This document shows positions 7,257 to 15,480 of a stretch of DNA of 64,000 nt, one piece after another (the first letter of the stretch is position 1; every line of letters begins with the position of its first letter). The DNA is taken from IMG/VR virus record IMGVR_UViG_3300025853_000056; one strand, given 5' to 3'. The stretch comes from an uncultured virus (IMG/VR IMGVR_UViG_3300025853_000056) (Duplodnaviria; Heunggongvirae; Uroviricota; Caudoviricetes). Made by a program: the position numbers and the translations under genes. The notes beneath the pieces were generated by a model. The model ran no database searches. It saw only the letters and a program-made list of their open reading frames with translations, and was not told the DNA's origin.

Positions 7257-7342
7257 TAAGTCGTTGATAATCAACGGGTTACAGCGCGGGGGGCCCCAAC
7301 GCAAGTCGTTGAGTGTGAAGGGTTTAGAAATTATAATTTATA
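7257..7342 (+). repeat. Element E5, core inverted
   Basis: taagtcgttgataatcaacgggtta|cagcgcggggggccccaacg|caagtcgttgagtgtgaagggttta|gaaat|tataatttata. Confidence 0.9.
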
Positions 7343-7507
7343 TTAGTAAGCTCTTTCCCCGCCTTTGACCCATAGGTCGTCGTTGTGAATGTCAACTTCA
7401 AGTTGTTGTGCTTTGCGTTTTATCCACTGTTTCATTTCGGGAGATACAGTCCAGACCTTTTGGACTGGGACCTCGAACTTGGTTGGTTTGGTAAACTCAA
7501 TTTTCAT
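7343..7507 (-). CDS. Small protein, 54 aa (absent from the ORF track)
   Basis: MKIEFTKPTKFEVPVQKVWTVSPEMKQWIKRKAQQLEVDIHNDDLWVKGGERAY; stop codon abuts E5. Confidence 0.65.
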   Translation of the reverse strand: MKIEFTKPTKFEVPVQKVWTVSPEMKQWIKRKAQQLEVDIHNDDLWVKGGERAY

Positions 7508-7519
7508 AACTCAATTCAA

Positions 7520-7717
7520 TTACATTTCAGGGAAAGCGTCAACAAGAAAATTTGCGATTCCTCCATCATACATTTTATTGACAAGCTTAATCTTTCGGTG
7601 AAAGCTATATTCTGCGATCACATCCCATTCCTCCTCTGTGGTGGCACATTCGCACAGCCAATCTTCGAGTCTGTGATTGAGTTCGTCCATTGTGATTTTG
7701 GTGATTGCTGCGCTCAT
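7520..7717 (-). CDS. Small acidic protein (start revised to ATG 7717)
   Basis: MSAAITKITMDEL..., 1 nt after the upstream stop. Confidence 0.65.
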   Translation of the reverse strand: MSAAITKITMDELNHRLEDWLCECATTEEEWDVIAEYSFHRKIKLVNKMYDGGIANFLVDAFPEM

Positions 7718-7718
7718 G

Positions 7719-7892
7719 TTATGCGTCCCAGCTAAAAGGTTTTGCGTCTGCGCTACGTGTGTAAGGTTTGGCAAGGTGAGCTTTGCGAGCTGCTTCCTTC
7801 TCGTTGATTTCTTGTTGGATCAGCGCATCCAGTTCGGCGTTCAGTTCTGCGAACTCTTTCGCAATTTCGTTTCGTGTTCCGTTAACTTTCAT
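7719..7892 (-). CDS. Small helical protein, 57 aa (absent from the ORF track)
   Basis: MKVNGTRNEIAKEFAELNAELDALIQQEINEKEAARKAHLAKPYTRSADAKPFSWDA; TTGCAA-17-TACCTT-6-ATG. Confidence 0.7.
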   Translation of the reverse strand: MKVNGTRNEIAKEFAELNAELDALIQQEINEKEAARKAHLAKPYTRSADAKPFSWDA

Positions 7893-8230
7893 ACTTATAA
7901 GGTAGTCGAATCCGTCAACGATTGCAAGAAAAAGTTTTAATTATTTTTAACCTGCTACCCCTCCCCCCATTGTCTACAGCATCTGGTGTGCCAACCCTCC
8001 CCCCTTTTTCTAAAATATTTTTGAGATTGACTTTTGCTAAATAGGTGGGGGGACATTTTCTTCAATATGTAATTCATTTTCAGACAAACTAAACCCAACC
8101 AAAATAATAAAAACCCATACCCCTCCCCCATTTAATAAAAATCAATAAAATAAATAAGAAATCAGTATAAATAAGAATAAAAAAAAATAAGCGAGGCTTT
8201 TGAAATAGGGAAAATAATATAAATATTAAT

Positions 8231-8259
8231 TTGACAGCCGCCGACCTATTTGGTATTAT
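8231..8259 (+). promoter_or_regulatory. Sigma70-type promoter of the glycosylation operon
   Basis: TTGACA-17-TATTAT-7-ATG(8267). Confidence 0.75.
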
Positions 8260-8266
8260 ATAAGAT

Positions 8267-8581
8267 ATGGATTATTTAATGGTATACCTAGACGAGAACC
8301 GGGAAAAACGAGCTGCGATTCCTGATGATGAAGGAGTGTACTACGATTCGGTTGACTTTGAGGAATATACTGAAGATATGTCTGCAATGGAAGTAGTAGT
8401 ATTACAATCAGAAGATTTTTATAATAAAGTTAGAGATCCTGATTCTGAAGGCAAGTTTTTCACATGTGAGTTTGCGGGTAGATATGTATCTAATATGAAA
8501 GTGTGTGATACTATAGAAAGTGTTGGATTTACTACATTTTTTACTACTGTTATTAATGAGCATATAAGAAATGACGAATAA
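8267..8581 (+). CDS. Acidic hypothetical protein
   Basis: ORF behind the promoter, 2 nt before the next gene. Confidence 0.7.
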   Translation: MDYLMVYLDENREKRAAIPDDEGVYYDSVDFEEYTEDMSAMEVVVLQSEDFYNKVRDPDSEGKFFTCEFAGRYVSNMKVCDTIESVGFTTFFTTVINEHIRNDE

Positions 8582-8583
8582 AC

Positions 8584-11500
8584 ATGAATTACTTTATAAC
8601 ACATTGTGATAAGAATTATATAAAATATGCCGAAAGACTATTTGAAACACTAAAAAGATATTCTAAATATAAAATTATATTCTTATCTATTGATTTTGAT
8701 TATAAAAATCGTTTTGATAACGTAATAAATATAAAATGTGATGTTTCTGGCTTAGTAGGTAAAAAAGGAAACGATTTATTAAACTCTTTGAACGGTGATG
8801 CCAAATCTTACCATGTGTTTTTGAAGCCATTATTAATAAAAAAGCTAATAGAAGATGAATTTATAGAGGTAAAGCCCGAAGACAATTTTTGTTACTTAGA
8901 TTCAGATTGTTTCGTAATGAAAAATTGTGATGATATTTTTAATAAAATTTCAAATATAACATATTACCCATTATTTACTGTGGGTTGTCAAGAGTATATG
9001 ATGTTTGGGAATAGGGGTAATCCTTTCGCAAATGAAGGTTTTGATTTAAAATTAACTTTAGAAGCCCCTTTGATGGAATTTCTGAAAATAGATATTAATT
9101 TAAGAACTTCGACGTATTTACAAACTGGAGCATTTATTTTTAACAGTAAATGTTATGATTTTATAAAAGAATGGTTTAGTACTTGTTTCTTTAAAATACC
9201 TTTCAAAGATGTGGCTTTTTTAGCTCCTTTCCACGAAGAAACAGTTGCTAACTGTCTACTGTGGAAAAACAAAGTAAATAAAAATTTAGGAAGATCTTTA
9301 ATTAATGTTATTGAAGGAAAACATCAAGATTTATTAAAGATGGTGGACTCAATAAATAATCCTCAATCAAATTTAATTAGATTGACAAATTATTGTGCTA
9401 TACCGGGTGAATCTGAAATAGAGGATTTATACTTTTACCATCGAAGAGTTGAAAATGATGTTTATGAATTTTTAATCAGTAAAGATGCTGAAATAAAATG
9501 TAAGAATAAAAAAATTATATTTTTAGCCCCTCACTTGTCTACTGGTGGATCTCCTTCGTATTTAAAATGGTTAATCGAGAAAAAATTATCAGAAAATTAT
9601 TCTGTTAAAGTTATTGAGTACTGTTTTTACGGCGCTGATTATGTAGTACAGAGAAACCAAATAATAAATCTTGTCGGAGAAGAAAATTTCTTAAGTTTTG
9701 GATATATCCATGATTCTTATGAAAAATATGAACAGAAAACACCGTTACTTATAGATTATATCAATAAAGAAAACGCATCGGAGATACATCTGAATGAAAT
9801 CGTTGAAGATTTTTCAGCGAAACCAATAACTGATGGATTAAAGGAATTTTTATACTCAAAGAACAGGAAATTTAAAATTTTTGAAACGTGCCATAATTCT
9901 ACGTTTAATTTCCAAAACAAAGTTTTATTACCTGACGAATTCCATTTTTGCTCTCCTTTCCACTTGAAAGTCTCAGAAAATTTAAATGTTCCTAAAAAAA
10001 TAGTAGAAATGGAAATACCTAAAAAGATGCGTCCAGAAAGATCAGGCGCTTTAGAAAAATTAGGATTATCTCCAGATTGCTTTCATGTGCTTAATGTTGG
10101 TTTATTCATGGTAAATAAAAATCAAAAATATATATTTGACCTTGCTGAAAAACTACAACATAAAAATATACAATTTCATTTTGTTGGCAACACTTGTTTT
10201 TTAAATGATTGTGGTTTAACAGAAACTCAAAAGAATTTACCGAATTGTATCGTGCATGGCGAAAAGGATAATGTTGCTGATTATATGGCGGCAATGGATT
10301 TGTTTTTATTTCCTTCTTTGCTTGAATTAAATCCCATAGCACTTAAAGAAGCTATAAGTTGGAACATGAATATATTTTTAAATAATTTAGATGTATATGC
10401 AGGTTCTTTCGATAATAATCAGTTAGTTACTTATATAGAAGGTGATAACTTGTTCAATTATCTAAATTCTGATAAAATAGCCAAAATAGATATGGACATA
10501 ACCGACAACAACAATATTGACATCTCTTTTAATCAAGAAGCTAAGGTTGAAATTTTAGGATCTCAAAGTTTTAATTATGATATAAAATTTTTAAATTATA
10601 ATAATGAGATAGCTTATTCAACACGACTGTCTACAAATATGTGGGCTGCATGTAGTAGTATAGATCGTAGCGGTAAAGTTTTAGTTACTAATTTATCGAA
10701 TAATAAAACTTTAGAATTTGGATTTCAAAATACAAATTTAATTAATGAGTCAGGATCTTTAGGGGATAGTTTAGCTTGGCTTCCTGTTGTTAATCAATAC
10801 GCCGTAAAAAATAATTTAAAAATTAATTATTACACTCCTAATAAAGTTCTATTTGATAAATCTAAATATCCTTTAATTTCTTTTCATGATTACGCCGATC
10901 AAAAAAATATAACTGATAAAAGTTCTATTACTAAAATTGGATGTTTTGAAAAAGAAAAATTAGCAATTCCTTTGCAGCAATTAGTTGGAGATATATTGGG
11001 GGTTCAAGTAGATGGCTCTGAAGATTTTAAGCCAGCTATAGATCCTTCATTCATAAAAGAAAGACCGTTTGACAAAAAGTATGTTTGCATAGCTACTCAT
11101 TCTACTGCTCAGCTTAAATTTTGGAATAATAAATCTGGTTGGAAAAAAACGATTAGCTATTTAAAGTTTTTAGGATATGAAGTCGTTTGCATTGATAGGT
11201 ATAATAGTTATGGTAGAGATCAGTTTATGAATCCAATACCTAAAGAAGCAATACATTATCCGGGGGAGTCATTAGGAGATATTGTGAATTGTTTATATCA
11301 TTGCGAATTCATGATAGGGTTGAGTTCTGGATTATCATGGTTAGCTTGGGCTTGTAATAAACCAGTGGTAATGATTTGTGGTTTCTTAGAAAAAGAATAT
11401 CATTTTGATACGCCTTATTATATTCAAAATAAACAAGTATGTAATTGTTGTTGGAATGATCCTAGTCAACATTTCGATGCGAATAATTGGACATGGTGTG

Positions 11501-11595
11501 GAAAAAGTAAAGATTTTGAATGTTCAAAAAAGATATCTTTTGATATGATGAAAAACACAATTAATAAATTAAGAAAGGATTTTAGTTTAATATGA
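8584..11595 (+). CDS. Multidomain glycosyltransferase: GT-A-like N-terminus, GT4 middle, C-terminal Aah/TibC-like heptosyltransferase
   Basis: YLDSD (DxD); PHLSTGG, AMDLFLFPSLLELNPIALKEA; SLGDSLAW, STAQLKFWN, GLSSGLSWLAWA, CNCCW...WC...FECSKKI. Confidence 0.85.
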   Translation: MNYFITHCDKNYIKYAERLFETLKRYSKYKIIFLSIDFDYKNRFDNVINIKCDVSGLVGKKGNDLLNSLNGDAKSYHVFLKPLLIKKLIEDEFIEVKPEDNFCYLDSDCFVMKNCDDIFNKISNITYYPLFTVGCQEYMMFGNRGNPFANEGFDLKLTLEAPLMEFLKIDINLRTSTYLQTGAFIFNSKCYDFIKEWFSTCFFKIPFKDVAFLAPFHEETVANCLLWKNKVNKNLGRSLINVIEGKHQDLLKMVDSINNPQSNLIRLTNYCAIPGESEIEDLYFYHRRVENDVYEFLISKDAEIKCKNKKIIFLAPHLSTGGSPSYLKWLIEKKLSENYSVKVIEYCFYGADYVVQRNQIINLVGEENFLSFGYIHDSYEKYEQKTPLLIDYINKENASEIHLNEIVEDFSAKPITDGLKEFLYSKNRKFKIFETCHNSTFNFQNKVLLPDEFHFCSPFHLKVSENLNVPKKIVEMEIPKKMRPERSGALEKLGLSPDCFHVLNVGLFMVNKNQKYIFDLAEKLQHKNIQFHFVGNTCFLNDCGLTETQKNLPNCIVHGEKDNVADYMAAMDLFLFPSLLELNPIALKEAISWNMNIFLNNLDVYAGSFDNNQLVTYIEGDNLFNYLNSDKIAKIDMDITDNNNIDISFNQEAKVEILGSQSFNYDIKFLNYNNEIAYSTRLSTNMWAACSSIDRSGKVLVTNLSNNKTLEFGFQNTNLINESGSLGDSLAWLPVVNQYAVKNNLKINYYTPNKVLFDKSKYPLISFHDYADQKNITDKSSITKIGCFEKEKLAIPLQQLVGDILGVQVDGSEDFKPAIDPSFIKERPFDKKYVCIATHSTAQLKFWNNKSGWKKTISYLKFLGYEVVCIDRYNSYGRDQFMNPIPKEAIHYPGESLGDIVNCLYHCEFMIGLSSGLSWLAWACNKPVVMICGFLEKEYHFDTPYYIQNKQVCNCCWNDPSQHFDANNWTWCGKSKDFECSKKISFDMMKNTINKLRKDFSLI

Positions 11596-11960
11596 ATATA
11601 GAAGTTTCAAATGGTGAAATCTTAGATAAGATAACAATTTTAAGATTAAAACTAGAGCATATACACGATCAGCAGAAAAGAGCCAATATAATTAAAGAAT
11701 ATGATTTTTTAAAAGATATCTCAGATGAGATTGATTATCCAGAAGATTTATATGAACAATTATATTTAGTTAATAAAGCTTTATGGAGAATTGAAGATGA
11801 TATTCGCAATAAAGAGAGAAATCAAGAATTTGATGAGGAATTTATTAAGCTGGCTCGATCTGTTTATTTCACTAATGATAAAAGATCGGAAATTAAAAAA
11901 CAAATAAATTTAAAAACTGAGTCTCAATTTATAGAGGAGAAGTCTTATGAAAAATATTGA
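11592..11960 (+). CDS. DUF6165-like protein
   Basis: VSNGEILDKITILRLK...LWRIEDDIR...FIKLARSVYFTNDKRSEIK...EEKSY. Confidence 0.8.
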   Translation: MNIEVSNGEILDKITILRLKLEHIHDQQKRANIIKEYDFLKDISDEIDYPEDLYEQLYLVNKALWRIEDDIRNKERNQEFDEEFIKLARSVYFTNDKRSEIKKQINLKTESQFIEEKSYEKY

Positions 11961-12585
11961 TGACATTACTTATAATGAAATTTTTAATCACAATTGCTAT
12001 CAGAAATTCGTTGATGTAGAGGACGGTGATTTTGTTTTAGATTTGGGATGTTCACAAGGTCCATTCTTTTTCAGGAATCGTGATAAAAAAATTACTTACG
12101 TAGGTGTCGATGCAAGTATCAATTGTATTAAGGATTTTTATAGTAATTTAGATGAGGGGGATTCTCCTATTATTATAAATTCTTTCTTGAGTAATGAGCT
12201 AAGTGTTTTACCATTTGAGTGGTACATATACGACACTCCCCCCAGAGAAGTAAATTCTATAACTTTTCCTTCTTTGCTAAAAATGATAAATAGAAAAATA
12301 GATTTTTTGAAATTTGATATAGAAGCTTATGAAAAACTAATACTTGTAAAACATTATGATTTATTTAAAAGCAGAGTGAAAAAGTTTGCTGGAGAAATTC
12401 ATTTTGGCGCACAATCGATTTTCTCAAGAGAAGATGTTTATCAAATGTTAGAAAAATTAAAAAATGATATTGATATATTCTTTAGATTATATGCATTGGA
12501 CGGAGTAGATATCAGTGATTCCTTTTGGCAAAATAAAAATTTCTTTACAGAAGTTATTATAAATGGATATATAGGAAGAAACTAA
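11947..12585 (+). CDS. FkbM-like SAM-dependent methyltransferase
   Basis: VLDLGCSQG and IDFLKFDIEAYE motifs. Confidence 0.75.
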   Translation: MKNIDDITYNEIFNHNCYQKFVDVEDGDFVLDLGCSQGPFFFRNRDKKITYVGVDASINCIKDFYSNLDEGDSPIIINSFLSNELSVLPFEWYIYDTPPREVNSITFPSLLKMINRKIDFLKFDIEAYEKLILVKHYDLFKSRVKKFAGEIHFGAQSIFSREDVYQMLEKLKNDIDIFFRLYALDGVDISDSFWQNKNFFTEVIINGYIGRN

Positions 12586-13628
12586 TTAATTAATGATTTA
12601 AAAATCATTTCATATTGGTTGCATTGTATTTCTACGGTGAAATTATGCATAGCGTTTCTTAGACAATTTTCTGGATTGATTTCTTTATAACCTTTTCTTA
12701 TTGCAAAATTAAATTGATTGTAAGTGGAGCATCTAAATCCAGTGTACCCCTGCTTAACCGTCTCAGTAAAACCCCCAAAGTCTGTGGTTATGGTGGGTGT
12801 GCCTGAAAATTGAGCTTCTATTACAGCCCAATTACAAGGTTCAACAAAAAAACTAGGAGCTAATAAAAATTTGGCTTCAGACAGTAATTTTTTTCTTTCT
12901 TCTGGTTCTACAAATCCAATCATTTTACAGTATTTAGTGTCTTTTAGTCCTAATATATTAGGTCCGGCAAAATATATTTCTTGTCCGACAGTGTTGCACA
13001 TGTCGTATGCGGCTTTAACTCCTTTTAATTCTATCATTCTACCAAGAAAAAGTGCTACATTTGATTTTTCTTTTTTATATAAAAAATCTTTTTGATAGAA
13101 ACCCGGATAAGCTACAAATTCTTCATGAAATTGAACGTTAGATTTTGCTACTCCGTGCATTTTATGCATTTGAGCATATGTTTCAAATATTTTAATTTGT
13201 GCAAACATTGAATCATAACCGATGCTTGGTTCAACAATTATAGCTTTATCATTAAAATGTTTAGCGCATGGTCCATGTGCGTAACCAAACCAGCATAATA
13301 TAAATTCGTTTTCTGATTTTATTCTTTTATTTAATTCTTGTATACAATTATTATTAAAGATTTTTACAGCTTTAGCTTCAACGCTTTGATTAAATCCTTC
13401 AGTTTTCCATTTATTTAAATCTTCATAGCTTTCTTTTAGTATATCATCATTTGTAACGGTTATATGTTCTGTGCAGTTCACTTTGGAGTTTTCGTGTCCA
13501 TAATGATATACGGTATGACCACGTTTCGTCATTTCTTCGCAGAATTTATAAACTTTCTGAGTGAAAGCGCATAAAGAAATTTCTTTTCTTGTCGGAGTAT
13601 ATGGAACACTTAAACAATGGAAAATCAT
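12582..13628 (-). CDS. Glycosyltransferase family 4
   Basis: LFLGRMIELKG, LLAPSFFVEP, IEAQFSGTPTITTDFGGFTETV. Confidence 0.9.
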   Translation of the reverse strand: MIFHCLSVPYTPTRKEISLCAFTQKVYKFCEEMTKRGHTVYHYGHENSKVNCTEHITVTNDDILKESYEDLNKWKTEGFNQSVEAKAVKIFNNNCIQELNKRIKSENEFILCWFGYAHGPCAKHFNDKAIIVEPSIGYDSMFAQIKIFETYAQMHKMHGVAKSNVQFHEEFVAYPGFYQKDFLYKKEKSNVALFLGRMIELKGVKAAYDMCNTVGQEIYFAGPNILGLKDTKYCKMIGFVEPEERKKLLSEAKFLLAPSFFVEPCNWAVIEAQFSGTPTITTDFGGFTETVKQGYTGFRCSTYNQFNFAIRKGYKEINPENCLRNAMHNFTVEIQCNQYEMIFKSLIN

Positions 13629-13656
13629 CTATATATAGTGTAATAATAATTACTAT

Positions 13657-14388
13657 ATGTCAACTAAAAAACGTAGGCAACCAAAGGAAACAATAAAGGA
13701 AGTCTTAGAAGATAACGTGTTTAGGCAGGTTAAATTACAAATCAAAAAATTTAATTTGACTGACAAACAAAAAAGTTTAGTGGAGTTGGCTTTCCAGCAT
13801 GATACGAAGATAATTTTTATTAATGGGGTAGCAGGTTCATCAAAAACGTTTTTATCAGTTTATTCTGCGTTACATTTATTAAACGCAAATCCAAGGTATG
13901 AAATTAAATATATTAGAACTATCGCTGAAGCTGGAGAAAGAGGTTTAGGCTCTTTACCCGGAACGGTTGATGAAAAATTCAATCCATTCATGATGCCTTT
14001 ATATGATAAGCTTGATGAGTTACTTCCTTTAACTCAATCTAAGTATTTAGAGGATCAAGGATACATTGAAGCTTTTCCTGTAAACTTCCTCAGAGGCGCT
14101 ACGTGGAACGATAAAATCATTATAGCTGATGAAGCTCAGAATTATTCTACAAAAGAGCTGGTGACGCTTTTAACACGCATAGGAGAGGGAACGAAGATGT
14201 TTATCTGTGGCGATTCGATGCAGTCAGATATTGGGACGAAATCTGGATTTACAAAAATATATGATTTGTTTAAAAGTGAAGAAAGTGAATCTAAAGGAAT
14301 TCATTGTTTTGAATTTGAAGAAGAAGATATTGTTAGAAGCGAAATATTAAAATATATTGTTAATGTATTCAAGAAATTAGATAAATGA
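13657..14388 (+). CDS. phoH: PhoH-family ATPase
   Basis: GVAGSSKT Walker A, LGSLPG, FLRGAT, IIADEAQN, LTRIGE, GDSMQSD. Confidence 0.92.
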   Translation: MSTKKRRQPKETIKEVLEDNVFRQVKLQIKKFNLTDKQKSLVELAFQHDTKIIFINGVAGSSKTFLSVYSALHLLNANPRYEIKYIRTIAEAGERGLGSLPGTVDEKFNPFMMPLYDKLDELLPLTQSKYLEDQGYIEAFPVNFLRGATWNDKIIIADEAQNYSTKELVTLLTRIGEGTKMFICGDSMQSDIGTKSGFTKIYDLFKSEESESKGIHCFEFEEEDIVRSEILKYIVNVFKKLDK

Positions 14389-14412
14389 TATATTGATATA
14401 TATAATATATCA

Positions 14413-14775
14413 ATGAGTAATATTTTTTGTTCGCAATGCGGCTCGAAACATTCAGTAGGATCAAGATTCTGTTCTGCGTGTGGGGCCGCGTTATCTAGTT
14501 TTTCTGCGCCAAGACAGCAGCTCAGTCAACCTCAAGTAGAAATTGAAGATGATTCTTCTTCATTTGTTAGACCAAGAAGATTGTCATACGAAATAGAACA
14601 AGGAGGTAATAACACATTTAAAGGTGAAGAACTATTTAAGTCTGCTCCTGTGAGCGATAGCGATAGATTGGAAAGACCTGTTGCCCAGACTAGAAAATTA
14701 AGTCAGGAAGAGTATTTAGCGCAATCATTAAAAGAATGCGCTCCTAGGGGTATGCAGGATATTGATGAAAGCTAA
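14413..14775 (+). CDS. Zinc-ribbon protein
   Basis: FCSQCG...FCSACG. Confidence 0.75.
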   Translation: MSNIFCSQCGSKHSVGSRFCSACGAALSSFSAPRQQLSQPQVEIEDDSSSFVRPRRLSYEIEQGGNNTFKGEELFKSAPVSDSDRLERPVAQTRKLSQEEYLAQSLKECAPRGMQDIDES

Positions 14776-15478
14776 AAAGAAAAAATTTGAAGAGATGTAT
14801 GAAAAGATTGATGAGGTAATCAAAAAAAGAAAATCTAAGTGGAGACTTAAAGCTATTACTTGGTTTGATTTTGAAGATATTGAGCAGATAATAAAATTAC
14901 ACATCTATAAAAAATGGCATCTATGGGATCAATCTCGACCAATAGAACCATGGGTTAATAGAATAGCTACGAATCAAATAAGAAATATAATTCGCAATAA
15001 CTATACTTCTATTGCGAAACCGTGTTTATCATGTCCATTTAACACCAGCAAAGGCATTGAAGTTGTTTATGAAGATTCATGTGGGTTTACGCCAAGCAAA
15101 GTACAGTGTAATGAATGTCCTCTTTATGCTAAATGGGAAAAATTAAAGAAACCAGCGTATGATATAAAGATGACTGTTAGTTTAGAGAATCATAAGAACT
15201 ACTATATGACTTTTGAGTCTAGTACTAATTATGATTATGTTGAAGCGGAAAAAAGAATGCATCTTTTAATGAAGGATCATTTAAACGATAAACAGTTTTT
15301 AGCTTATAAATTATTTTTTATTGATAATTTGAGTGATGATCAAGTGGCTAAGATTTTAAGATTTAAGACGAATGAAACGGGTAGAAAAGCTGGATACAAA
15401 CAAATAAAGAATTTAAAAAAGATGCTGTATTTAAAAGCGCAAAAAATATTAAAGGATAATGATTTATTTTCAGATTAA
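14762..15478 (+). CDS. Phage sigma70/ECF-like RNA polymerase sigma factor with Cys-rich insert
   Basis: FEDIEQ...WDQSRPIEPWVNRIATNQIRNIIR (region 2); LNDKQ...LSDDQVAKIL (region 4 HTH). Confidence 0.7.
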   Translation: MMKAKKKKFEEMYEKIDEVIKKRKSKWRLKAITWFDFEDIEQIIKLHIYKKWHLWDQSRPIEPWVNRIATNQIRNIIRNNYTSIAKPCLSCPFNTSKGIEVVYEDSCGFTPSKVQCNECPLYAKWEKLKKPAYDIKMTVSLENHKNYYMTFESSTNYDYVEAEKRMHLLMKDHLNDKQFLAYKLFFIDNLSDDQVAKILRFKTNETGRKAGYKQIKNLKKMLYLKAQKILKDNDLFSD

Positions 15479-15480
15479 TT

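Noticed and set aside
2196..7342. E1-E5 as a CRISPR array or classical integron attC sites
   Set aside because: Spacing is 0.5-1.7 kb and gene-filled, the copies are degenerate, no cas or intI gene is seen, and there are no RYYYAAC...GTTRRRY ends enclosing one long hairpin.
212..7940. Plus-strand ORFs in the early region (212, 1862, 4431, 4788, 5128, 7385, 7389, 7677)
   Set aside because: Antisense shadows of minus-strand genes that have promoters and operon packing.
13657..14388. phoH as a novel auxiliary gene
   Set aside because: Common in aquatic phages; reported as a feature only.
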